Below, one piece after another: positions 53,040 through 64,000 of a stretch of 64,000 nucleotides of DNA. The translations under genes and the position numbers were made by a program. Source of the DNA: Octopus sinensis (Eukaryota). Location of the stretch: assembly GCF_006345805.1 (NCBI RefSeq), contig NC_043025.1, positions 12,276,001-12,340,000 on the forward strand, read 5' to 3'. Positions within the stretch are counted from its first letter, which is position 1. Each line of letters starts with the position of its first letter. Under the pieces are notes generated by a model. That model was not told where the DNA came from, searched no databases, and saw only the letters and a list, made by a program, of their open reading frames with translations.

Positions 53040-53544
53040 GTAGGTGGCGCTTTACATTGTTGCATTAGGAGTGGTGTGCTGTGTTTGTTGTTGTTGGTTT
53101 TTTTTTTTACTTTTGTTTCCTATTTGTCTCTCTCTGTCACGCTCTAACCTTTCATCATCTGACACAAGATCATCCCCCCCTCCAATGACCCCACCCCTCT
53201 CAAAGACTCCTTGTCTTGCAAGTTACTTGGTGACCCTGCCAGTGCAGGTCCCACTTAAAAAGCACCCAGTCCACCCTGGACTATTTCTGTTTTCGTTCCT
53301 GATCTCTCTCTCCCGTTCTCTTTCTCTCCCTTCCTCCCTCTCTTTTTCTCTCTCCCTTTCTCTCTCTCCCTTTCTATCTCTCCCTTCCTCTCTCCTCTCT
53401 CTCTTTCGATATAAATTAAGTACCAGTTACACACTGGGGTTGATGTAATCGACTTAATCCCTTTGTCTGTCCTTATTTGTCCCCTTCTATGTTTAGCCCC
53501 TTATGGGCAGTAAAGAAATAAGAAACTGAAAGAAGCCTGTCCTG

Positions 53545-53930
53545 TGTGTGTATGTTGGTATTGATACATCGATTAGAAGGCACTTTTTTCTTCATGATCT
53601 CTGACAACTATATCTGGCCTATTAGCCTTGATTTCTCTATCTGTGTGTACTGGCATATCCCAGAGTATGGTTGCTCTCTCAATTTCTGTGACCTTTTCTG
53701 AGGTGTACCTGCACTTTCTTTTTTTCTGTTGTCATTCCATAGTGTTGGCATAGCTTCCAGTGTATGTAGGTCCCAACTCTGTCATGTCTGTGGATATATT
53801 ACTTCTTAGCCAAGACTGGGAGGCCAATGACAATATAATTTATGGTTTCTTCCCCATCACATATTCTGCAGTTCTGTTATGTGTTTTTGGTGATTTCTGA
53901 TGAGGAGGCTTTGATCTTGTACTATAATTA
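53545..53930 (-). mobile_element. R4/Dong-type RLE retrotransposon fragment (zinc knuckle plus PD-(D/E)xK endonuclease), disrupted
   Basis: Minus frames read CRICDGEETINYIV..HRHDRVGTYIHWKLC and TILWDMPVHTDREIKANRPDIVVRDHEEKKCLLIDVSIP; adjacent to (TAT)n. Confidence 0.8.
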
Positions 53931-53939
53931 TTATTATTA

Positions 53940-54505
53940 TTGAGTGAGAGAGCAGTTCATGCCATCAAAGTGACACTGGGGTAAAATATATGAAGCCCAA
54001 TATACCCATCATGACTACCCGTCTGATAAGGGTACACCAGGCACATGCATCACAACCATATGTGCGCGACATGGTGATCTCATGTCAAGATAAACAGCAC
54101 ATGACCTTGCAGGTGGGGCCCAGTTAGAATTTTCTTCAGGTTGAGTAGCCCATCCTGCTCAAACGGTCCCTGAATAAGGGTTGTTTAAGGATGTTGAAAG
54201 AACCACCCATGTTTCCAGAGGTGAACTATTCAAACCCCAAAGAATCCCTCTCAACACATGGCTATGATGCTTCCCCACTACTTCTGCTCGTGATCAGAGA
54301 TGCACATATCGTCAGCCACTAATAAGGGACATGCTCAACTGGTTACGGTCAAACAACTGACAAGCAAATCTGTGGTATTGAGCAGAATATTTGCTGTAGC
54401 CCATCTTTTATACCAAGACAAAACAATGTACGTGATAACACTTCCAATCAGTTAAGATCAGAAGCCATGAGAGCCACTGCCTGGTACTGCATCAGGGCAT
54501 TTATT
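53940..54505. repeat. Unclassified ~560-bp segment flanked by (TAT)n tracts, probably an interspersed repeat
   Basis: A non-coding block with sharp boundaries between two (ATT)n runs; class not recognised. Confidence 0.35.
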
Positions 54506-54518
54506 ATTATTATTATTA

Positions 54519-54555
<37 letters not shown>

Positions 54556-54561
54556 GAACAG

Positions 54562-54657
54562 CTACAACAACATGTGGATGGTCCTTGATTACCACAAATT
54601 TGAACCAAACAAGGAACTTCCAAACAGCGACCTGTTATTAGTGCTGGAGCAAATGCC
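54562..54657 (+). CDS. PLBD2: PLBD2 exon 7
   Basis: gaacag|(T)YNNMWMVLDYHKF...LLLVLEQMP|gtaagt; phases 2 to 2. Confidence 0.93.
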
Positions 54658-54676
54658 GTAAGTATTACAATTAATA

Positions 54677-54800
54677 AACGTAGTTTACCAATTAAAATGT
54701 ATAGAGGGTGAATGTAGGAACTCAACCACAATGTATATTGGGGAGACTGCCAAGAGTATAGCAGAAAGAATGGAAGTACATTGGAATGAATTCTGTGATA
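54677..54800 (+). mobile_element. Penelope-like GIY-YIG endonuclease fragment
   Basis: Translates as NVVYQLKCIEGECRNSTTMYIGETAKSIAERMEVHW, matching the PLE pattern NVVY..C..C..YIGET...R..H. It is not in the supplied ORF list. Confidence 0.75.
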
Positions 54801-54904
54801 AGAAACATCAGTACACTATCAGTATACTAAGGATAAACATGACAGTGTGCTGAATAACATAGGCATGAAGATCATTTTGAAACATCTATGATGCATCTTT
54901 ATAG

Positions 54905-55296
54905 TAGATGAGCAAAACACCCCCTGTCCAATGGACGGTGCTGCGTTGTCAAACATTTAAACCAAATTTTCTCAAAACAACTTGTCCGACCGTCCCATTT
55001 TGTGACATTATTTCAAACCAGCCGACTTTTTTTGCGTAAACTGTATGTGCATTTTTCTCGCGTATGCATAGTATCGATCGCAACAGCTGATGTACTTGCG
55101 CGTACAAATGCACGTTCCCACGGCTTTATCGATCGGATTCTCACCTGGAATTGATTTTTGTAAGTTTTTCAAGACTTATACACGCCCTGATACCGTCGGT
55201 ATCTACATATCAAATTTGAGCGCAATCGGATGGAGGATGCCCGAGATACTAGAAGACACACACACAGACAGACAGAACAAATTTTATATAATAGAT
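54905..55296 (-). mobile_element. Probable non-autonomous Helitron
   Basis: The minus strand starts A|TCTATTATATAAAATTTGTTCTGTCTGTCTGTGTG like the other Helitrons here; the 3' end is degenerate. Confidence 0.45.
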
Positions 55297-55391
55297 ATGG
55301 GAGATTACTTTAATAAATGAATTGAAACCATCACTTGGATTTTTAAAAAATGCTGTTAAAATGTAGCAACTACAGCCATCACCTTAGTGCA

Positions 55392-56005
55392 TTAACCCTT
55401 TTGTTACTGTATTTCTGTTGAGTTGCTCTGTGTTTCTTTCAATTATTTTAAATATTACAAAGTATTTAATAAAATAACGGTTGGTATCAAAAGGGTTAAG
55501 AATTGTTTCTCTATTATATATCTTAACCCTTTTGTTACCATATTTCTGCTGAGAAGCTCTGTGTTTCTTTCAATTAATTTTAAATATAACAAAGAATTTA
55601 GTAAAATAACTTAGTTATCATTAAGCTAGTGTTAGGAACATAAATTGTGACTAAGGTTTGGTGGAAGATTTTAAATTCAGAACTTATGAAAACAAGACAT
55701 TTGTACTACAGAGCCAGAGGCAGTTTCAGCCAGGTTGGTATCAAAAGGGTTAAGAATTGTTTCTCTTTATATATCTTAACCCTTTTGTTACCATATTTCT
55801 GTTGAGATGCTCTGTGTTTCTTTCAATTAATTTTAAATATATCAAAGAATTTAGTAAAATAACTTAGTTATCATTCAGTTAGTGTTAGGAACATAAATTG
55901 TGACAAAGGTTTGGTGGAAGATTTTAATTCAAAACTTATGAAAACAAGACATTTTTACTACAGAGCCAGAGCCGGTTTCAGCCGGGTTGGTATCAAAAGG
56001 GTTAA
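55392..56005. mobile_element. Three tandem piggyBac-like MITEs (TTAA-CCC...GGG-TTAA) separated by nearly the same 22-23-bp spacer
   Basis: TTAA at 55392/55496, 55523/55750 and 55776/56002; termini CCCTTTTGTTAC / GGTATCAAAAGGG. Confidence 0.75.
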
Positions 56006-56289
56006 ACACACATTTATGTGTGTTGTGCATGTGTGCAACTGTATGCTTTGTGGGTTGAAATGGAGTTAATCAGTGGAGGATGGTGTGCACAGTATGGAGT
56101 TTTACTGCATTTTCTGGCTTTGAGAAAAAAATACGTTTTTTACTGATGTTCCCAACTCGACAAGAACAATATCAGTTAAGCGAATGTCCTTCCCTTAATG
56201 CATTAAAACATAGCTTAATCTGAACGCTATTTCAGAAAATTATCAACGTTCTCTTTGAGCATATTAAAGACAAATATAGCTGGGGCAAA

Positions 56290-56645
56290 TTATTCTTTAT
56301 TCTCTATTCATTACTCTTCAGTCTGTATTCATTATTCTTCATTCTCTGTTCATTATTCTTTATTCATTACTCTTCAGTCTGTATTCATTATTCTTCATTC
56401 TCTATTCATTCTTCTTTATTCTCTATTCATTATTCATTTCTCTTGAATCTGTATTCATTATTCTTCATTCTCTATTCATTATTCTTTATTCTCTATTCAT
56501 TATTCTTCATTCTCTATTCATTATTCTTTATTCATTACTCTTCAGTCTGTATTCATTATTCTTCATTCTCTATTCATTATTCTTTATTCATTATTCTTCA
56601 TTCATTATTCTTTATTCATTATTCTTCTTTATTCTTTATTCATTC
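56290..56645. repeat. (TTCATTA/TTC)n satellite abutting the exon 8 acceptor
   Basis: Seen directly. Confidence 0.9.
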
Positions 56646-56649
56646 CCAG

Positions 56650-56721
56650 GGGTTACATCATGTTCCAAGATTTGACCAAGAAGTTGAAGAATGACACCTA
56701 CTGGGGAAGCTACAATGTGCC
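56650..56721 (+). CDS. PLBD2: PLBD2 exon 8
   Basis: cccag|(P)GYIMFQDLTKKLKNDTYWGSYNV-CC|gtgagt (YWxSYNxP motif). Confidence 0.92.
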
Positions 56722-57099
56722 GTGAGTAAAAAAAACCCCCCTATTTGTAGGGCTTCTTCTTTCCCTCTTTTGTTTGTTTCAGCCACTGGGCTGTGGCCAA
56801 ACTGGGGCATTGTCTCTCGAAAGGGTTTTTAGTTGAAAAAGTAGCAGCCTAGTAGTTGTTTTGTTTTGTTTTTTGGGTTTTTTTCAAGTCTGGTACTTAT
56901 TCTATTATTACCCGATGTAACAATTTTAAAAATGATTATAACAGAATCAATGACAGCAGGCGAAAAAATAACATTAATTAGCCGAGGGATTAAAATTAAA
57001 ATTAATGATGTAGTTTTCATCAGTGTATTTTTGGCGATTTAATAAGAGTTTTGACTGCTATTTCAAGCAGGTAGACATACTTAGTATGTCTTTTGTTTA

Positions 57100-57711
57100 A
57101 TTTTATATATATATAATATATAATATATATATATATATATTATACATATATATTATATATATACATATATATATAATATATATATATAGTATATAATATA
57201 TACATATATATATATATATACATATTATATATATATATCATATATATATATATATATAATATAATATATACTTATGTTAACTTAAAAGGTCTATGACTAT
57301 TTAATTTTTTCCTTCCACTGGGCGCTGGTGGCAATAAAATTCTACAAAATTTTCCTTGCCACCCTATATTGATTAATTATATATATATACATATATATAT
57401 ACATATATATATATATATCATATATATATACATATATATATATACATATATATATACATATATATAATATACATATATATATACATATATATATATATAT
57501 TATATATATATATACATTATATATACATATATATATATATATATCTATACATATATATATACATATATATATATACATATATATATACGTATATATATAT
57601 GTGTATATATATATTATACCATATATATATATATATACATATATTATATATATATACCTATATAATATATATATACCTATATATATACATATATATATAT
57701 ATACATATATA

Positions 57712-57758
<47 letters not shown>

Positions 57759-58072
57759 CATATAATATATATACATATATATATATATATCATACTATAT
57801 ATATATAATATATATATATATAAATATATCTATAAAATATATATATATAATATATATATATACATATATATACATATATATTACATATATATATACAAAT
57901 ATATATATAACATATATATATACATATATATATACAATATATATACATATATATATAATATCCATATATATATATTCTATACATATATATATATATATAT
58001 ATATACCTATATATATATATATATCTATATATTACATCTATATATATATATAATAACATCTATATATATCCC

Positions 58073-58105
<33 letters not shown>

Positions 58106-58318
58106 TATACCATATATATAATACATATATATATACATATATATCATATACATATCTCTATACATATATATATATCAATATATATGTACATATATATATT
58201 ACCACTATATATATACATCTATATACACATATATATACATATATATTATATATATATATATATATACACATATATATTATATATATATACACATATATAT
58301 ATATATAATATATACACA

Positions 58319-58356
<38 letters not shown>

Positions 58357-58360
58357 GTAA
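57100..58360. repeat. Long (AT)n/(ATAC)n tract; a similar tract lies at 59610-60160
   Basis: Seen directly. Confidence 0.95.
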
Positions 58361-58791
58361 CCAGACACTTAGATATGTAGATATCCGATGGATGTACTTG
58401 GTGCAGACATAACTGTAATCTATATTATTATATTATTAATATTAATAGTAATTATTATTGACTTTTACAGGTTTAAATTTTATGAACTGAAATGTGGTTT
58501 TTTATTACTTTTCATGTATAAGTCTGATTTTAATTTAAATGTGAGTGTGCATATATCTTCTTGTGTGGTAGTTTTTAGAACTATTAACTCAATATGTAGA
58601 ATAACTGAGCTTATTAATATATATTGATATATATTTTGTTTTATTTTGTTTTGTGTATCTTGTATTATTGTATTAATGAATATAATATATATGGTGTAGT
58701 ATTATGGTGTCTATGCACACGTTTTTATTTTACATTTTTATATTGATATGTATATGGAAAAAAAATTTTTCTCAATTATAATTTATTAAAT

Positions 58792-58902
58792 TCTCTGAAG
58801 AGGCCGTGGGGCATCCTTGTTAATGTCTCATTTATACCTGCCTTATATGGCTTATAGGTTAAATGAGGCATGATTGCCCTTACTGCCGAAACAGCTGTCA
58901 GA
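58792..58902 (+). ncRNA. Type I hammerhead ribozyme motif with a greatly extended stem II
   Basis: TCT-CTGAAGA-GGC...(long hairpin incl. TGTCTCATTTA/TAAATGAGGCA)...GCC-GAAA-CAGCTG-TC-AGA: intact core, GUC triplet, palindromic ACAGCTGT stem III. Confidence 0.75.
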
Positions 58903-58936
58903 TATGATATAATTACATATTATATTTTATATTTTA

Positions 58937-59442
58937 CTAGCAGTATCGCCCGGCGTTGCTCGGGTTTGTAAGGGAAATAACTATGTGAGCATTTTTAGAG
59001 AGTTACTTCCCTTATAAATTCGGGCTTTCTTAGCCATTTTTATTTTGGTGTCTTCAAGCCATGAAGTCGTTGTTCTAAAAGAACGCTGGTTTCCTTCACA
59101 ACGCATTACGACTTTGATTTCTTTACACTCCCTTCCCCACAGCTTCACGAGGGAGGGAAGGGAGAGAAGCAAACAGGTGCAGCTGTGAGCGTGGACGCCA
59201 ACTCCGCCGCCATCGACATACGATGCATTTTATGCATTAAAATGGAATAAAAAATGATGTTAAATTATTTTTAAAATCGTAGACTCATCGTTGACGCGCG
59301 CTAATAGTCAGACGGGCTCGATATGAATCACGACTATAAGATACCCGAATTTGGTTAAACTGCACCGCAAAATGTGGGAGGAGTTAGGAATCTAAATCGA
59401 AGGGGACAGACACTCACACAACTAGAGTTTTATATATATAGA
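58937..59442 (-). mobile_element. Non-autonomous Helitron, complete ends
   Basis: The minus strand starts A|TCTATATATATAAAAC and ends CCCGAGCAACGCCGGGCGATACTGCTAG|T. Confidence 0.82.
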
Positions 59443-59627
59443 TATTCCTATTTCCTTGTCTAATTATATTTACAATATATTTTGTATAATGCCTTTACTG
59501 TATGTAATGGTGTAATAAAGTATTGATTGGGTATCATCTGATGGTTGATGTTTGATTGATTTAAGTATGTTTCTCCATTTTCTAATTTTGTAGAATATAT
59601 AATATAATATATATATATAGATACATA

Positions 59628-59684
<57 letters not shown>

Positions 59685-60066
59685 GTGTGTGTTGTGTGTG
59701 TGTGTGTGGTGTATGTGTGTGTGTATATGTGTGTGTGTGTATATGTATATATTATGTATGTATATATATATATATGTATATTATATTATATGTATGTATA
59801 TATATATATAGATATATAATATATTATGTATGTATATATATATATATGTATGTATATATATATATGTATTTGTATATTATATATATATGTATGTATATAT
59901 ATAATGTATTTGTATATATATATATATGTATTTGTAATATATATATATGTATGTATATATATATGTATTTGTATATATATATATATATATGTATTTGATA
60001 TATATTATGTATGTATATATATATATGTATGTATATATATATATGTATGTATATAATATATGTATA

Positions 60067-60142
<76 letters not shown>

Positions 60143-60197
60143 ATATTATATATATATTATAGTCTTGTTGAACCGTTTTTTCATGTTCTCGTGCCAG

Positions 60198-60349
60198 TTT
60201 TTCTCCAAGATTGTGAAAATCAGCGGCCAGCAGGACCTCATTAACAAATACGGGGACATCTACACCTACAACAACACCCCCAGGGCCAAGATAATGAGAA
60301 GGGACCATGTCAAGGTGAAGGACATGAAGACGATGATCAAATTGATGAG
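60198..60349 (+). CDS. PLBD2: PLBD2 exon 9 (one base short of phase agreement with exon 8)
   Basis: gccag|FFSKIVKISG...KYGDIYTYNNTPRAKIMRRDH..VKDMKTMIKLM-AG|gtaaga. Confidence 0.85.
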
Positions 60350-61458
60350 GTAAGATATGCACACCTGTGTCTTTTACCTTCTACTTGTTTCGGTTGTTAG
60401 ACTGTGGCCATGCTGGGGCACCGCCTTGAATCTTTAGTTGAATGAGTCAACCCTGGCACTTATTTCTTTTAAAAGCCTGGTACTTATTCTATCAGTGTCG
60501 TTTGCCGAACTGCTAAGTTACAGGGACGTAAACACACCAACACCGGTTGTCGAGCAGCGGTGGGACACAAACACACACACACACATGTGAAACAGGCTTC
60601 TTTCAGTTTCCGTCAACCGAATCCACTCACATGGGTTTGGTCAGCCCAGGGCTATAGTAGGAGGCACTTTGGAAGCAAAATTCTTCACACGGTGACACCT
60701 GGGCCTTTACATGGAGCAGAAAAATAGAAACCGGCCCTTATGAGCCGGGCATGGCTCAAGAAGGAACAATGTGTATGTGTGTGGAGGCATATGGCCTAGT
60801 GGTTAGAGCAGTGGACTTGCGGTTGAGGGATCGCGGGTTCAAATCTCAGACCAGGCGATGTGTGTGTTTATGAGCGAAAACACCTAAGCTCCACCCGGCT
60901 CCGGCAGAAGGTAATGGCGAGACTTCTGCTGACTCTTTTCGCCACAACTTTCTCTCACTCTTTCCTCCTGCATCTTGCAGCTCACCTGCGATGGACTGGC
61001 GTCCCGTCCAGGTGGGGAACCTATACGCCAAGGAGACTGTTAAACCGGCCCTTATGAGCCAGGCATGGCTTGAGAAGGAACAAACAATTAGGTCACTGGT
61101 GATAACATCAATAATAAAAATATATATATATATGTGGAGGCGCAATGGCCCAGTGGTTAGGGCAGCGGACTCGCGGTCGTAGGATCGTGGTTTCGATTCC
61201 CAGACCGGGTGTTGTGAGTGTTTATTGAGCGAAAACACCTTAAAGCTCCACAAGGCTCCGGCAGGGATGGTGGTGATCCCTGCTGTACTCTTTCTTCTGT
61301 TGGCCTGCTCGCTTAGCCAGTGGGGTGGCATCATTCGAAGGCTAAAACATTGCGAACGCATTTTGACCAGCGATGTGTAACGTCTGATGGTCTGGTCTGG
61401 TCTGTCACGTGATCACGTGATATATATATATATATATATATATGTTGTTCTTTGCCAG

Positions 61459-61618
61459 GTACAACAATTACAAGAAGGACCCACTGTCCAGGTGTGAATG
61501 TGACCCCGCTGAGAACGCCGCGCTCGCAATCTCTGCCCGATCTGATTTGAACCCACGGAATGGCACCTACCGTTTCAAGTTTCTAGGACACCGTGCTCAC
61601 GGAGCTATTGACATGAAG
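61459..61618 (+). CDS. PLBD2: PLBD2 exon 10 (gene continues beyond the window)
   Basis: gccag|(R)YNNYKKDPLSRCECDP...AISARSDLNPRNGTYRFKFLGHRAHGAIDMK|gtaagg. Confidence 0.93.
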
Positions 61619-61769
61619 GTAAGGTTTGTTTTTTTGTTTTTTTTTTATGCTGTTGCTTTTACTGAGGGTGGGGGTGAGGGGGTGACCGGTCTTTGTTTAG
61701 TCATGACTGATCAATGATGACGGTGGGGAGGGGGGCAAGAAAGGCGATGTGTGCATTGACTTTGCAGTG

Positions 61770-62093
61770 GTGGTGGTGGTGGTGGTGGTAGTGTTGGTGG
61801 GAGAGGTAGTACCAGTAGTACTGGCAGTGTTAGTGGTGATGGTAATGGTGGTGGTAGTAGTAGCAACGATAGTAATCTATTAGTGTGTGTCTCTCTCTCT
61901 CTCACTGATCCTGTAGTAATTGTATTAGTAGTAGTAGTAGTGGTGGTGGTGGTGGTAGTAATGGTAGTAGTAGTAGTAGCAGCAGCAATAGTAGTAGTAG
62001 TAGTAGTAGTAGCAGTAGTAGTAATGGTAGTAGTAGTAGTAGTAGTGGTGGTGGTGGTGGTAATGGTAGTAGTAGTAGTAGCAGCAGCAGCAA

Positions 62094-62129
<36 letters not shown>

Positions 62130-62231
62130 CAGCAGCAATAGTAGTAGTAGTAGTAGCAGCAGCAATAGTAGTAGTAGTAGTAGTGGTGGTGGTGGTAGTA
62201 ATGGTAGTAGTAGTAGTAGCAGCAGCAGCAA

Positions 62232-62270
<39 letters not shown>

Positions 62271-62279
62271 CAGCAGCAA

Positions 62280-62315
<36 letters not shown>

Positions 62316-62417
62316 CAGCAGCAATAGTAGTAGTAGTAGTAGCAGCAGCAATAGTAGTAGTAGTAGTAGTGGTGGTGGTGGTAGTAATGGTAGTAGTAGT
62401 AGTAGCAGCAGCAGCAA

Positions 62418-62456
<39 letters not shown>

Positions 62457-62693
62457 CAGCAGCAATAGTAGTAGTAGTAGTAGTAGTAGTAGTAGCAGCA
62501 GCAATAGTAGTAGTAGTAGTAGCAGCAGCAATAGTAGTAGTAGTAGTAGTGGTGGTGGTGGTAGTAATGGTAGTAGTAGTAGTAGCAGCAGCAGCAATAG
62601 TAGTAGTAGTAGTAGTAGCAGCAGCAATAGTAGTAGTAGTAGTAGTGGTGGTGGTGGTAGTAATGGTAGTAGTAGTAGTAGCAGCAGCAGCAA

Positions 62694-62732
<39 letters not shown>

Positions 62733-62741
62733 CAGCAGCAA

Positions 62742-62774
<33 letters not shown>

Positions 62775-63017
62775 CAGCAATAGTAGTAGTAGTAGTAGCA
62801 GCAGCAATAGTAGTAGTAGTAGTAGTGGTGGTGGTGGTAGTAATGGTAGTAGTTGTAGTAGCAGCAGCAGCAATCTATTAGTGTATCTCTCTCTCTCTCT
62901 CTCACTAATCCATTATTCTAGTCTGTCTGTTTATCTCCCTTTAATCTATTACTCTGTCTGGCTCTCTCTCACAAATCTGTCACTCTGTCTGTCTCTCTCT
63001 CTCTCTAATCCATTAAG

Positions 63018-63048
<31 letters not shown>

Positions 63049-64000
63049 ACAAATCTATTACTCTATCTCTCTCTCTCTCACACACACAAATCCATTGCTC
63101 TATCTTGCTTTCTCTTTCTCTAATCCATTACTCTGTCTGTCTGTCTGTCTCTCTCTCTAATCCATTACATTGTCTGTCTCTCTCTCCCTCTCACAAATCT
63201 ATTATTCTATCTGTCTCTCTCTCTCCAATCCATTACTGTCTGTCTTTCTCTCTCTCTCTCTCCAGTCCATTACTCTTTCACTCTGTCTATCTCTCCCTCT
63301 CTGTCCCATTATCGTCTGTATGTATGTCTGTCTCTCTCACTAATCCATTACTCTGTCTCCTTCTCTCTCTCATACAAATCTCTCTCCAATCCATTACTCT
63401 GTCTGTCTCTCTCTCTCTCCAATCCATTATTCTGTCAGTCTGCCTATCTCTCTCTCTGTTCCATTACTGTCTGCCTTTCTCTCTCTCTCTCTCCAGTCCA
63501 TTACTCTTTCACTCTGTCTATCTCTCCCTCTCTGTCCCATTATTGTCTGTATGTATGTCTGTCTCTCTCACTAATCCATTACTCTGTCTCCTTCTCTCTC
63601 TCCAATCCATTACTCTGTCAGTCTGTCTATCTATCTCTCTCCAATCCATTACTGTCTGTCTTTCTCTCTCTCTCTCTCTCCAGTCCATTACTCTTTCACT
63701 CTGTCTATCTCTCCCTCTCTGTCCCATTATCGTCTGTATGTATGTCTGTCTCTCTCACTAATCCATTACTCTGTCTCCTTCTCTCTCTCATACAAATCTC
63801 TCTCCAATCCATTACTCTGTCTCTCTCTCTCTCCAATCCATTATTCTGTCAGTCTGTCTATCTCTCTCTCTGTTCCATTACTGTCTGCCTTTCTCTCTCT
63901 CTCTCTCCAGTCCATTACTCTTTCACTCTGTCTATCTCTCCCTCTCTGTCCCATTATTGTCTGTATGTATGTCTGTCTCTCTCACTAATCCATTACTCTG
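61770..64000. repeat. (GTA/GCA/GTG)n compound microsatellite (to about 62880) followed by a CT-rich degenerate satellite with higher-order repeats
   Basis: Seen directly; source of the poly-V, poly-L and poly-Y pseudo-ORFs. Confidence 0.95.

Noticed and set aside
54455-54500. Weak resemblance to U2 snRNA (TAAGATCA; CCTGGTACTGCA)
   Set aside because: Only two short patches match; the branch-point recognition sequence and Sm site are absent.
60163-60244. Alternative acceptor at 60161-60162 to rescue the exon 8/9 phase
   Set aside because: With phase 2 it opens the frame LVEPFFHVLVPVFLQDCENQRPAGPH*, which is non-homologous and terminates.
61883-62905. Poly-Val, poly-Leu and poly-Tyr ORFs over 320 aa
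   Set aside because: A (GTA/GCA)n microsatellite in a PLBD2 intron.

Overview
Eukaryotic, repeat-rich, AT-rich genomic DNA, most likely from Octopus or another coleoid cephalopod (inferred from the tRNA-derived SINE families, the microsatellite load and the intronless-CDS C2H2 zinc-finger genes). Four protein genes are supported. Two are a divergent pair of C2H2 ZNF genes: 2049-4802 (-), about 25 fingers, intact; and 17140-18180 (+), decaying at its 3' end into remnants scattered to about 24.5 kb. The third is a SOUL/haem-binding-protein gene on the minus strand (3 exons seen, 29289-31540, 5' end lost in an N gap, one GC-AG intron). The fourth is a lysosomal phospholipase B-like 2 gene (PLBD2) on the plus strand: 10 exons reconstructed from 33832 to 61618, 3' end outside the window, with a 1-nt phase conflict at the exon 8/9 junction. 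The rest is transposons: a near full-length dead mariner, Buster-type hAT MITEs, Mutator-, piggyBac- and Helitron-like non-autonomous elements, CR1, RTE, R4/Dong and Penelope fragments, three SINE families, tandem repeats and local duplications. The most notable signal is a set of hammerhead-ribozyme motifs of Penelope type in PLBD2 introns: three with an intact core, one near-intact and three decayed, the best ones sense to the pre-mRNA. Also notable are an E-box/CLEAR-like minisatellite in intron 1 of this lysosomal gene and SINEs at the same site in two inverted MITE copies. All alignments and counts were done by eye; repeat boundaries are approximate unless a TSD or TIR is quoted.
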